Positions 29,783 through 39,655 of a DNA stretch of 64,000 nt are shown here, piece by piece. The position numbers and the translations under genes were made by a program. Position 1 is the first letter of the stretch. Every line of letters starts with the position of its first letter. A model generated the notes under the pieces. The model was not told the origin of the DNA and did not search any database. It worked only from the letters and a program-made list of their open reading frames with translations. The stretch covers positions 136 through 64,135 of the forward strand of contig JAJDBH010000210.1 of the NCBI GenBank assembly GCA_029261455.1, written 5' to 3'. Source of the stretch: Nitrospinaceae bacterium. GTDB taxonomy: Bacteria; Nitrospinota; Nitrospinia; Nitrospinales; VA-1.

Positions 29783-30838
29783 GTGAATACCCGTTCCAAA
29801 ATCCTTCAGGACGTTCAGAACTATTACGGAAAAATACTTAAAACAAAAAATGACCTTCAGACCAGTGCCTGTTGCGCGGCAGATACCATGCCTGCGTACC
29901 TACGCCCTTATTTAAAAAATATACATGAGGAAGTCCAATCAAGATTTTATGGTTGCGCTTCCACGTTCCCCACAAGCCTTTATGGAAAAACCGTGGTAGA
30001 CCTTGGTTGCGGCTCCGGACGCGATTGCTACCTGCTAGCTCAGGTGGTAGGCCCTGATGGCATGGTCATCGGCATTGACATGACTGATGAACAATTGGCA
30101 GTTGCAAAAAAACATATCGATTTTCATACGAAAAATTTCAACCTGGAAAAACCTAACGTTGACTTTCGCAAAGGCTGGATAGAAGACCTTACTTCGGCAA
30201 ACCTGGAAGACAATTCTGTAGATGTGATTATCTCCAATTGCGTGATCAACTTGTCTCCCGACAAGGAAAGTGTATTTCGTGAAATTTTTCGAGTTCTCAA
30301 ACCGGGTGGGGAGTTATATCTCTCAGACGTTTTTACCGGACGACGGGTGCCGGAGCCACTGACTACCGACCCAATTCTACTTGGCGAATGCCTCGGCGGT
30401 GCCCTTTATATAGAAGACTTCAGACGCATGATGAGAAACGTAGGGGCTCTCGATTACCGGGCTGTTTCCAAAAACCCGCTCACTCTCAACAACGAAGACA
30501 TCCAGCGCAAGGCCGGCATGATCGATTTTTATTCCATGACCGTGCGTAGCTTCAAATGCGATTTCGAAGACATTTGTGAAAACTTTGGTCATGTTGCCTA
30601 CTACAAAGGTAGCATTCCTGAATTCCCACACGGGTTCACTCTTGATGACCATCATTATTTTCAGACCGGAACTCCAGTACCCGTTTGCGGCAACACCAGT
30701 AAGATGTTGAGCGAAACCCGATTCGGCGAGCACTTCAATATCCTCGGAGATTTCTCAACCCACTACGGCCCCTTTGACTGCAGCACTCCTCAAGCTCAAG
30801 AAGGTATCTCCGCAAGTAGCGATGGAGCCTGTTGCTAA
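29783..30838 (+). CDS. arsM: Arsenite S-adenosylmethyltransferase (ArsM/AS3MT-like)
   Basis: SACC, FYGC, DLGCGSGRD, SNCVINLSPDK, GECLGGA, terminal CC. Confidence 0.85.
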   Translation: MNTRSKILQDVQNYYGKILKTKNDLQTSACCAADTMPAYLRPYLKNIHEEVQSRFYGCASTFPTSLYGKTVVDLGCGSGRDCYLLAQVVGPDGMVIGIDMTDEQLAVAKKHIDFHTKNFNLEKPNVDFRKGWIEDLTSANLEDNSVDVIISNCVINLSPDKESVFREIFRVLKPGGELYLSDVFTGRRVPEPLTTDPILLGECLGGALYIEDFRRMMRNVGALDYRAVSKNPLTLNNEDIQRKAGMIDFYSMTVRSFKCDFEDICENFGHVAYYKGSIPEFPHGFTLDDHHYFQTGTPVPVCGNTSKMLSETRFGEHFNILGDFSTHYGPFDCSTPQAQEGISASSDGACC

Positions 30839-30911
30839 CCACTAGGTGTGGAGCCAACTGCAATATCGATATCTGGCTATCAATAGCTTTTCTCGACTAA
30901 ATGGGCCATTG
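30839..30911 (+). repeat. Dispersed ~80-bp repeat, copy 4 (diverged)
   Basis: CCACTAGGTGTGGAGCCAACTGCAATA...TCTCGACT directly after a TAA stop. Confidence 0.65.
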
Positions 30912-30963
30912 CGATCTGCCTGTTCTAACAGGGGACAAACAAGAACACAACGAGGTCGGGTAG

Positions 30964-31230
30964 ATGGCGAGTCAAACCATCGATATTCTATGCGGTCAGT
31001 GTGGAATGTTTATGCTTCGATACCAGAAAAAAGGGTCGGGGCAATTGATAAAACTTTACCTTGAACGGGTTGTCGAACCCGATTCTCTTTCGCGATTAAA
31101 ATCTGTTTCCATTAAATCTGAACTCCCCGCGTTGATTTGCTCGGATTGTGGCACCAGAATTGGACTACCTCAAAAAGGGGGGACTTACCGCATGATAAAA
31201 GGTTCGTTCAGGAGAAAGGCTGTGAAATAA
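30964..31230 (+). CDS. Small zinc-ribbon protein
   Basis: CGQC...YQKKGSG...CSDC. Confidence 0.75.
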   Translation: MASQTIDILCGQCGMFMLRYQKKGSGQLIKLYLERVVEPDSLSRLKSVSIKSELPALICSDCGTRIGLPQKGGTYRMIKGSFRRKAVK

Positions 31231-31283
31231 ACAGGCCGTATCAATAACAACAGTTTTAAGAACCAGCTACAGACCAATCAACA

Positions 31284-32549
31284 TCAGGCATCCAGGGTTA
31301 GGTCATCTTTAGGGATGCTAATGCACGCAAGACAGGAACCTGCTTCGGGCTCCGACCCGGGTTCTCCCACTAACTCCACCGCACCATTCTTGATAGCAGT
31401 GAGACAGGTTCCACAATTGCCGGCACGGCAACCTGAATCAATGGGGATCTGGTTCGCTTCCGCGAAATCCAGCAATGATGCCGCTTTTGAATCCCACACC
31501 AAAGTTTTTCCTGACTTCTGAAACTGGATATTAATTTTAGCAACGCTTTCCTTGCTTGTTTCGACCTTGCAACCTTTAACTGTAGCTGGACCAAAAGCCT
31601 CAAAATGAATATTTTTTTTGGGAACTCCCCAGCCGTTTAAATCTTTTCTCAAATCTTTAACCATTGGAGGCGGAGCACAAATATAAAAATCAAAGTTATT
31701 TGACGGAAGAATTGCCTTTAAATTTTCTACAGTAACCCGACCCTGAACTTGATAATCATCGTTCAACACATCGGTTTCTGCTGGCGAACTATAAAATACA
31801 TTCAAGCTAACGTTTTCATTCTCCCTAGCCACCATTTCCAGGTGCTCCTTCATAATATGCTCTGCCCTGTTTCTCACACCCAAGAAAAACCAGACCTCTC
31901 TCTGGGAACCCATTTCAGTGATGGCATTGAGCATGCTGAGAACAGGGGTGATTCCCACCCCTCCCGCTAAAAATACTACCGGAGTTTGTTTCATCATACT
32001 CAGGCTAAAATGTCCACTGGGAGCTTTAACATCGACTATGTCATTCTCGTTCAGAGAATCATGAAAATAGTTGGAAATTAATCCAGGAGGAGCAGTAAGG
32101 TTGTCTCTTGGAGCCAGGACTCTTTTGATAGATACTCGATAGCGATCCGGATGGTAAGGGCTGTCGGATAGAGAATAGCAACGAATAACCGGCTGAGGCT
32201 GATCGGGTAAATGAACCTGAAAAGTCAGAAACTGTCCCGGTAAAAATCCGGGCAGCTCCTTACCATCATGTGGAGCGAGATAAAAGGAAGTAATATCGTC
32301 CGTTTCTTTGACTTTAGAGATCACCTGAAACTTTCTAAAACCGTTCCAAGACAGTTTCAACTGCTTTGTTTCGATTTCACGCCGATCCATTATGCTTTTG
32401 ATCTTCGCCTTTAACAGCTCTGCTTCCAAATCAGCACTGTTCTGGCTAATCGCAAGAATCCGCGAGTTATTAGCCAAAAGCACTAACACATAGGCTACCA
32501 ATCCTAATAAAAAAACCAGCGCAACAAAACTGAATATTATATTTAGCAC
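31284..32549 (-). CDS. Membrane-anchored FAD/NAD(P)-binding oxidoreductase with C-terminal [2Fe-2S] ferredoxin (FNR/PaaE/Hcr-like)
   Basis: N-terminal TM; RCYSL, GGVGITP, HFEAFG, CRAGNCGTC...C. Confidence 0.9.
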   Translation of the reverse strand: MLNIIFSFVALVFLLGLVAYVLVLLANNSRILAISQNSADLEAELLKAKIKSIMDRREIETKQLKLSWNGFRKFQVISKVKETDDITSFYLAPHDGKELPGFLPGQFLTFQVHLPDQPQPVIRCYSLSDSPYHPDRYRVSIKRVLAPRDNLTAPPGLISNYFHDSLNENDIVDVKAPSGHFSLSMMKQTPVVFLAGGVGITPVLSMLNAITEMGSQREVWFFLGVRNRAEHIMKEHLEMVARENENVSLNVFYSSPAETDVLNDDYQVQGRVTVENLKAILPSNNFDFYICAPPPMVKDLRKDLNGWGVPKKNIHFEAFGPATVKGCKVETSKESVAKINIQFQKSGKTLVWDSKAASLLDFAEANQIPIDSGCRAGNCGTCLTAIKNGAVELVGEPGSEPEAGSCLACISIPKDDLTLDA

Positions 32550-32588
32550 AATCTCTCCTTAAAGATGAAGCATGCCGCCATTGATACT

Positions 32589-34481
32589 CTACGGTGTTGT
32601 TAAAACTGGCTCTGTCTTCACGACAAGCATATCTTTTTTAAAGCTTGGTTTGAAATGATACAAATGGCATTTCTGGCATTCAAGGTCAATTTGCAACTTC
32701 GAATGACACTGCATACAAGTCTTCTTACTGATGAACTCAAAGTTACTGACCCAATTAACGGAGTCGTATTGCTTAAAAGACGCCATATAGTCCACTTCCT
32801 TATTAAGGATATGACAATTCGAGCATGCGCCTTTGGTTCCTAATATTTCTATATGATTTTCATGCTTATAGCGCACATAAGGGCTGTCATTTTTATTTTC
32901 ATAATTCCATGCCACCGCTAAATGGGAACCAACCTTTGAATTTTTAACCTCCGATACCGCATGGCATTTGATGCATCCACCCACGCCATCCTTAACAGAA
33001 AGAATCTGATCACGCATAGCAATCGCTCTTGCTGCCTTGTCTTCCTCTTTCTGATTTAAAGACACAGCCAAGGCAAACTCTAACCAGCTTTTAACCACGG
33101 GGTCAGCATGCCCTGAAGGTTTGTAGCGGATTTCCAGCATGTCGGTATACCAACCTCCAAACCTCGCCTCTGCGGGAGACTCATACTCCAGATTCAGCCC
33201 CCATGAGCAAGCCGCACGTTTGAGCACTTCAGGGTTCAAACCCATCAACAGGTTTTCAGACATTGGGGTTTCCGTTTGACTATCAATCAACTCCGCGAAG
33301 GGAGTGCTACTTTCTTCAGCCATAGCAAGAACCAGATCCTGCATAGGTTGGTCATAAATTTCCGGGTCATCTTCAGGAATATTTAAAAGAAAGGCACTCA
33401 CTAAAGCCGGTTGTTCGGTAGAAACACTGAGAAATTCTTCCTCCTCTTTTACATTACCCTCTGGAAAATTACATGCCTGCACCAAAGAGTCGTGGTCAAT
33501 CCGGTTTTGTATCAACTCCGGAAGCCTAAGGAGTATGAGATCTTTTTTCTTGATCTGCGAATCATGACAAGCAGCACAAACTGTCTCATAACTACTCGGA
33601 CGTACCTCCCTGTCCTCTAGCGTTATCATGTGGCAGCCTATGCATGACTCTGGAGCTTTGTCAGAAACCTTGGGATTCTCAAAATGCTTTTTCAAGTGAG
33701 AGCTATGATCAAACTTGATCGAGTTGCGGTTGAAATAGGGGTATTTTTTAGAAAACTCAGGATGCCCGTGCTCTAAGCTCGTGAACTTACTCTTATGGCA
33801 TGAATTGCACTGTTCTGGGAACAATGCTCTAACATTCATGCTTGGTCCATTATGCTCGCGATGGCACATGACACATTGCGTATCACCAACTTTTCTTTCT
33901 GGAGACATATTGGCGTTATGTGCCTTAAAACTCGGGCCACCAAAACTATGGCAATTCACACACCGGGATGAAAGATCAGAATCGCTGAATACTGCATTAA
34001 TCCATTCTACAGGACCTTTGCCATGAGCTGCATGACAAGTGGAACAACCTTCTTTTTCGGTAAATTTGGCATGGGATTTGGACAAGGGTCCAGGATCAGA
34101 AATACTGATCATACCTCCAACCTTAGGATCCAGCACCAGAGAGGAACCTATCAAGGCTAAAACAATACTAACAGCTAGCAGTGCCAATCTTCCACGGATG
34201 ATCCGCAAGGTACTTCGAGGGGCACATGGCGACCTTTGGATTGAGCATTCTCCACCTGAACCAGGACCGTCTTCACACGGACCACCGAATCTTTTCTCCC
34301 TCCTGCATTCCCATCGATCATTTTTTAGAAACGGGGTGCATTCCTGAGTTCCACCGCAGGTTCCATCCACCTCCGGACCATGATTACAGGGTGTTTGCCA
34401 TAAAGATGCTCTCCCACAACGATAGGGTAGTTTAGGCCTTTCATAATAACTCTGATCGTGACCAAACTTATTGTCTTCCAT
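32589..34481 (-). CDS. Membrane-anchored decaheme cytochrome c with Cys-rich N-terminal domain
   Basis: 10 CxxCH motifs after a single TM helix; 8 non-heme Cys before the TM. Confidence 0.9.
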   Translation of the reverse strand: MEDNKFGHDQSYYERPKLPYRCGRASLWQTPCNHGPEVDGTCGGTQECTPFLKNDRWECRREKRFGGPCEDGPGSGGECSIQRSPCAPRSTLRIIRGRLALLAVSIVLALIGSSLVLDPKVGGMISISDPGPLSKSHAKFTEKEGCSTCHAAHGKGPVEWINAVFSDSDLSSRCVNCHSFGGPSFKAHNANMSPERKVGDTQCVMCHREHNGPSMNVRALFPEQCNSCHKSKFTSLEHGHPEFSKKYPYFNRNSIKFDHSSHLKKHFENPKVSDKAPESCIGCHMITLEDREVRPSSYETVCAACHDSQIKKKDLILLRLPELIQNRIDHDSLVQACNFPEGNVKEEEEFLSVSTEQPALVSAFLLNIPEDDPEIYDQPMQDLVLAMAEESSTPFAELIDSQTETPMSENLLMGLNPEVLKRAACSWGLNLEYESPAEARFGGWYTDMLEIRYKPSGHADPVVKSWLEFALAVSLNQKEEDKAARAIAMRDQILSVKDGVGGCIKCHAVSEVKNSKVGSHLAVAWNYENKNDSPYVRYKHENHIEILGTKGACSNCHILNKEVDYMASFKQYDSVNWVSNFEFISKKTCMQCHSKLQIDLECQKCHLYHFKPSFKKDMLVVKTEPVLTTP

Positions 34482-35311
34482 TATACGAAGTACACCATAA
34501 CAAGGGTTAAATGCCAGATCACCATTGCCATTACCGCACCTGCCAAGGGAATGTGGACCAGAAGCCAGGTTTTAAGTAATGTTTGAAGTGCATAATGAAA
34601 GTCAATCTTCCTCTTTTTTTCTGCTAGCGCATAAACCTTGTCCAAATATTCACGTTCCTTTTCATTTAAGAAACGTTCTAATATCATGCATTGCTGGTGC
34701 ACCCAATGCTGAGGTAGGTGGCTACCAAATATATTATTTATGAAAAACCTTGGCCGTTGAAAATATTGCCCCAAGGTTTCCAGATAATGTTCGGCCAGCG
34801 TACTACTACCGGTTTCTTCGGTACACTTCAGAATAAGAGACTCTACTTCCTCTCTTATTTCAGCAAGCTCTCTTGGAATGCGTTCATAAATGACTTCCAC
34901 ACCGCTTCGGGTTAGCTGACGGGGATAAACTTTTTCAATAAAGAGTCCCACTATTCCTGAAATAGAGGTGATATAAAATAGAACCGTCATCACCTGCCCA
35001 TAAAATCCTTTCGACCATATGCCTCCGATGTGTAGCCAAAACAAGAACAGAGCCAGAAACCCGCAAACCACGTGAAGTAGAAACCATCTAGATGAAGAAG
35101 CAAGAGGCAAAAATGGCAATCGCTTACGTGCACTAAAAAGAGAAAGAAAAATCAGTATCCCAAATAATACCCAGCCATTGGCAAAAGCTGAAATACCGAG
35201 GGCGCTATCAATCTGATAGGTCCACATCCATGTCACTAGAAATAAAAGAGTCGCCAAAACCACGTAGACCCAATTTCGGACTAGACTAAAACCCTGTTGA
35301 ATTTTCATCAA
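34481..35311 (-). CDS. Integral membrane protein, putative di-heme cytochrome b (ferric-reductase-like)
   Basis: Multiple TM helices; two H-x13-H pairs (LHVVCG...WLH and VHIPL...WH). Confidence 0.7.
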   Translation of the reverse strand: MMKIQQGFSLVRNWVYVVLATLLFLVTWMWTYQIDSALGISAFANGWVLFGILIFLSLFSARKRLPFLPLASSSRWFLLHVVCGFLALFLFWLHIGGIWSKGFYGQVMTVLFYITSISGIVGLFIEKVYPRQLTRSGVEVIYERIPRELAEIREEVESLILKCTEETGSSTLAEHYLETLGQYFQRPRFFINNIFGSHLPQHWVHQQCMILERFLNEKEREYLDKVYALAEKKRKIDFHYALQTLLKTWLLVHIPLAGAVMAMVIWHLTLVMVYFV

Positions 35312-37007
35312 TATCTATCTTTCTAAAGTCTACTCGGCTCATGGCATCATGCGGGCAGGCAAAAACACAGGCTGGCCCACTAATCTGGTCGGCACACAGG
35401 TCACACTTCGTCGCCTTAAGTATGGGTTTCTGATTCTGAGGGTCTGTAATTAATTGCCCTTCATGATCGTTGATCGACACCATCCTGATATTGGAATAGG
35501 GGCAGGAGTTCGCACAAGTTTCGCAACCAATACAAGTATCATCATTAATAATGACCATACCTCCAGACATGGACCGATGAATCGCACCAGTAGGACAACC
35601 GATCATACAAACAGGATCAGCACAATGCATGCAGGCATTGGCCACCATCCAGTTCCCAAAAGTCTTGCCATGCCTGACAAATCTGGGATTGCCATCATGC
35701 GTTGCGGAGCAAGCCTGAACACAGTCATCACACCGCACACATCGATCAAGATTAATCAGCATCGCCTGAGTTCCATTTATAAAACGTTCTTCAACCGCCC
35801 ACTCCATTAAAGCTCCATCGGTCAAGGTACGATCGATATAATCCTGCAACCGCCTTGACTCAAAGGAAGACTGCGAAGTCGCCTGTCTAAACCCTTCTCT
35901 ACCAGATGACCAGTAAGTGAATAGGTGTTTCTCTACAATTTTACTAGGTACCCGGAGCATTTCTGCGTACCCAATAGCTGTGATGGTCACTCTCATACCA
36001 ACATTAGGTTCTCCCTGCCATACTTGGAACAGTTCGTCCGCTCCGTAAAAATCCCCTGTACCCAAATAGGTTAGAGTCTGCTGGCCATTTCCCCGGTCTA
36101 CAGAAACCCGAGCAAACCCAGCCCGAACCAATAATATTCCATCTGAATAATCGCCCTGATTGGCAATAATCGGTTCATCCTTGATGCCATGGGTTTTATC
36201 ATGACTTTGAAGCTTGTTATAGGTTAGATGCCAATCAAATTTTCCGTAGGTTTCAAAGAGGGTGGCATCTGCCACCTCCTGAAGATCTTTATCATCTAAG
36301 TGAGAAAAAATGGAAGTCGCCCTTAGGTGGGCGTTGAGGGCGTTGGTACGATAACGCTGATCAATGAGGCGGCGCCATCCTTGATCATATTTCCTGAACT
36401 CACGGAGTCCCTGCCAGCGTATCTCCAAAAGCTCTGTATCGGATTCTGCAAAAATAGTGGATGTTCTAGGGGTCCGCCCCAAGGCGGCAAGTTCTCCAAA
36501 TAACGCTCCTTTTCCCAGAGAAGCGGTTTTATTCTTATCTAAAACAGCAGGAACATCTTGGAGAAAAACATGTGATGACCCCAAATCCTCCGCATCTCGA
36601 ACCATAGCATGCAGACCATAGCGTTTTACATCACGGGTTTCCGGAATTTTACTCCGGGTCCAAAGCTGTTTGAGGGCTTGCCAAAAGGTTTTTTTTTGAA
36701 TGGTTCGTCGACCTAGCATTTCACCAGGAAGGCCAGGGAACAACACGACTTTTAGTGAACCGTCCAGAACCAGGAATGCAGAATTGCCATAGTCTCCCTC
36801 GCGGATGACAATGTCTCCCGCTGAGTACTTTACAATCCGCGCATCATTTTTAAGAATTCCTCTGAGAGAGCAATGAGGGGGAAATTTGCTCTCTTCTATC
36901 GCTGCAATCTCTGGAGTGGTCAACAGCCGGTCCACATCCAATTCGGTCATAAGCAGACCGAATGGTTGGTCCCACCTCTGCGGACGCACTTGAGTCGTTA
37001 TAGCCAC
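35286..37007 (-). CDS. Tandem cyclic-nucleotide-binding domains fused to a DmsB/NrfC-like 4x[4Fe-4S] domain
   Basis: IREGDYG...FGELAALGRTPRTSTI; second CNB fold; CVRCDDCVQAC, CMHCADPVCMIGC, CIGCETCANSC, CDLC...CVFAC. Confidence 0.9.
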   Translation of the reverse strand: MAITTQVRPQRWDQPFGLLMTELDVDRLLTTPEIAAIEESKFPPHCSLRGILKNDARIVKYSAGDIVIREGDYGNSAFLVLDGSLKVVLFPGLPGEMLGRRTIQKKTFWQALKQLWTRSKIPETRDVKRYGLHAMVRDAEDLGSSHVFLQDVPAVLDKNKTASLGKGALFGELAALGRTPRTSTIFAESDTELLEIRWQGLREFRKYDQGWRRLIDQRYRTNALNAHLRATSIFSHLDDKDLQEVADATLFETYGKFDWHLTYNKLQSHDKTHGIKDEPIIANQGDYSDGILLVRAGFARVSVDRGNGQQTLTYLGTGDFYGADELFQVWQGEPNVGMRVTITAIGYAEMLRVPSKIVEKHLFTYWSSGREGFRQATSQSSFESRRLQDYIDRTLTDGALMEWAVEERFINGTQAMLINLDRCVRCDDCVQACSATHDGNPRFVRHGKTFGNWMVANACMHCADPVCMIGCPTGAIHRSMSGGMVIINDDTCIGCETCANSCPYSNIRMVSINDHEGQLITDPQNQKPILKATKCDLCADQISGPACVFACPHDAMSRVDFRKIDIDENSTGF

Positions 37008-37127
37008 CCACCACCTCCAAAACGCACAACATGAAGAGGCAAACCTGTCATCTAACTCTGGAGTTGTGACTCTTAATATACTATTAACGATTCAGGGAAA
37101 CCAAAACCCAGGCTATAAACTTCCTCC

Positions 37128-38105
37128 CTATTTATAATCCGCTTTAGCTGGGAGCTTACTTCCAACAACCCCGGTCAAATCTTTTCCCGCTACAGATTTA
37201 ATAAAGATTAAAGCATTTTCTCTTGAAGGTGCGGCTAATAATCCCGCCGCTTCAGAAATTCCACTAAGCGCGGACTTGGCAATCTCAACTCGTTTGTTTT
37301 GCGCTTCCTTATATTTAGCCTCACCAGATTTAGAAATGGCTTCAGTGGCAGAAACCAGCGCCGCCGCTTGACCAATCACATAAAGACTAGCCAACTCCGT
37401 AGGAGTCATTTCAGCATTGGTCTTGATATCGGGTGGATAATGCCTGTGACGCACTGAACCTTGAGAGTATTTAACCAGTTCGAAGTTGGGGTTAATCGGA
37501 TGTCCGGCTCCCAACATTTTAGCCAAGTCATCGGCTTTAAGGTTGGGGTGAGCCAGACCATGGCAAGTCATGCAGTTTTCAGCAACCTCATACTGCATGG
37601 ATGGCCATATCAAACCCGCCGCCTTGGAATCAGCAACCCGTTTGATTTTATGATCCGCCGCTTCCTGATCTCGCTTAACATCCTTCCCACCATAATTATC
37701 ATGAAGCGCCAACCAATCAGAAGACGCACCATGGCAACTTTCACAAGAGGTTCCAGACTTTGCAGCCGACTTGGAACCGGCATCTTTCTTCACAAGCGTG
37801 TAATGGCACAGATAACAGGTTTCATTCCTTTTCATCCGTTTCTGTCCCCCAACAGCACTCAATATTTTCTTGGGAGAGGGTTTACTATCATCTTTAGGCT
37901 CTCGGTGAACAGTCCTAAAAGACGTGTAATGCTTGGTTTTCTCCCAAATCTTGGTCTCTTCTTCATGACATTCCTCACAGAGCTTGGCACCTTTGAAAAA
38001 AGGTTGGGCCATTGATGTAACAGGAAAAACCAGCCATGCTAACGCCAAAACCAACGCCATCAGAGAAAAAGGTTTAAATATGAAATATGTATCATCACGC
38101 TTCAT
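37128..38105 (-). CDS. Periplasmic tetraheme cytochrome c (c554-like)
   Basis: Signal peptide; CEECH, CYLCH, CESCH, CMTCH; start MKRDD behind GAGGG. Confidence 0.88.
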   Translation of the reverse strand: MKRDDTYFIFKPFSLMALVLALAWLVFPVTSMAQPFFKGAKLCEECHEEETKIWEKTKHYTSFRTVHREPKDDSKPSPKKILSAVGGQKRMKRNETCYLCHYTLVKKDAGSKSAAKSGTSCESCHGASSDWLALHDNYGGKDVKRDQEAADHKIKRVADSKAAGLIWPSMQYEVAENCMTCHGLAHPNLKADDLAKMLGAGHPINPNFELVKYSQGSVRHRHYPPDIKTNAEMTPTELASLYVIGQAAALVSATEAISKSGEAKYKEAQNKRVEIAKSALSGISEAAGLLAAPSRENALIFIKSVAGKDLTGVVGSKLPAKADYK

Positions 38106-38185
38106 AACACCCTCACTTTTTAAAGGGAGCGGTAACACAACCCAGCAAATATTGCAGGGCCGGAAAAACCCGATCCACTCTCAAA

Positions 38186-39613
38186 TTAAAATTGATAGAG
38201 AATTTCTGTTCGCAAACCAAAACCGTCACTACGCTTTTCCTGGACAGTATAATGGGTGTCTACTTGGAGCTGGATTCTTTGGGCCAGTCTTTGACGGAAT
38301 TCAAAACCAACCGCTATGTCATCAAATCTTTCACCACTGGTATCTTTTCTACCGGCCAATTCAAACGTAAGACTTGTTCTATGGTGATTCCAAAATGCTT
38401 GGTATCCCGTGGCAAACCCGGCCACATCATCCGCAAAACTATTCAACTCAGACCCAAAATTACCGAGACTGGGAGAGGCAAATAAGATACCTAAAGCCCC
38501 CAAAGGCCCACCAACTATCGCCTCACGACCCACTTGAGTGAAATTTCCAGCCGCAACAAAGGCATTAAAATATACGATGTCATCAGATTTTTCGGGTGTA
38601 AAGGAAGTTTCGGCAGAGAAAAGGGTTCCAGTACCAGCCTTTGCGTTATCTTCTCCATCCGCAACCGAGCTATTAATTCTGAAAGCCGTACTGTAAACCC
38701 CGATTCTTTGAATTGTTGAAAACCCTACATGAAAACTATCACCAGCAGAGTCCTCGTCAGTAACATACACCAAGTCCAGATTCCAAGAGAGATCCTGCAT
38801 ATCTGCAGAATTAAACAACCCAAACATATTCGCAGTATCATCCCGCCCCGCATTGCTTCTTCCCACCTCGTTCCAACCCCACACGAAGGAAGATCTCAAG
38901 CTCGGTATACCTGGAAGATGAATATTATTGCGAGTAATCCCAATGGCATCTATTTCATCATTGAGCATGATGCCCTCTTGGAACTGCAATAATTGCCTTC
39001 CCACAGAAAACCCAAAGTCCAGTGGCTTTGTTCCGGCAGGGTCCAGCTTGGGAAACAGACTTCCCAAGTCACCCTCAAAAAACATGGTCCGGATATCCAT
39101 ATTAAATTCGGACTGACCAGAACCCCGATTATCGTTAAACGATACTCGTGAAAATTGGGTGGGCAAATTTCTATCTAGAGGTCGAGCTCCAATAATAAAC
39201 TTTTCAGTACCTGTTAACTGCACATTAGCGTAAAGATCCAGGCGATTTGCCCATTCAGAAGCAGTACTGTTCGAGCCCGCATTTTCAAACATTTGCAAAC
39301 TCGAACGCATGGTTCCAAAAACCCACAACTGCGGTTGCCAGACTGCTCCCCATGGGGTCTCAAACCCCTCATAAAGATCTCCTACTCCAAGAAAAAGGTC
39401 TCCACCCTCATAAATCAGCGGAGGGCGCGTACCGGTGTCAGAAGGAGGACGCAACTGGATATGCTCCTCAGAAAAGGAGCTCGCCTCTGAGGTGTCTCCC
39501 AATGGAAACCAATCTGCGTAAGCCGGAATAGAAAAGCATAAGACCATACCTGTGAATATAAGCCCGAATAGAACTCTATGAGTTCGGCCTAAAACTGCGC
39601 CATACATTCTCAC
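38186..39613 (-). CDS. Putative outer-membrane beta-barrel (porin-like)
   Basis: Signal peptide ending AYA, amphipathic beta pattern, C-terminal ILYQF BAM signal. Confidence 0.75.
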   Translation of the reverse strand: MRMYGAVLGRTHRVLFGLIFTGMVLCFSIPAYADWFPLGDTSEASSFSEEHIQLRPPSDTGTRPPLIYEGGDLFLGVGDLYEGFETPWGAVWQPQLWVFGTMRSSLQMFENAGSNSTASEWANRLDLYANVQLTGTEKFIIGARPLDRNLPTQFSRVSFNDNRGSGQSEFNMDIRTMFFEGDLGSLFPKLDPAGTKPLDFGFSVGRQLLQFQEGIMLNDEIDAIGITRNNIHLPGIPSLRSSFVWGWNEVGRSNAGRDDTANMFGLFNSADMQDLSWNLDLVYVTDEDSAGDSFHVGFSTIQRIGVYSTAFRINSSVADGEDNAKAGTGTLFSAETSFTPEKSDDIVYFNAFVAAGNFTQVGREAIVGGPLGALGILFASPSLGNFGSELNSFADDVAGFATGYQAFWNHHRTSLTFELAGRKDTSGERFDDIAVGFEFRQRLAQRIQLQVDTHYTVQEKRSDGFGLRTEILYQF

Positions 39614-39655
39614 TCTCTCTTAGCCTCCAAGTATCGCAGAAAGGTTAGTCCTGAA

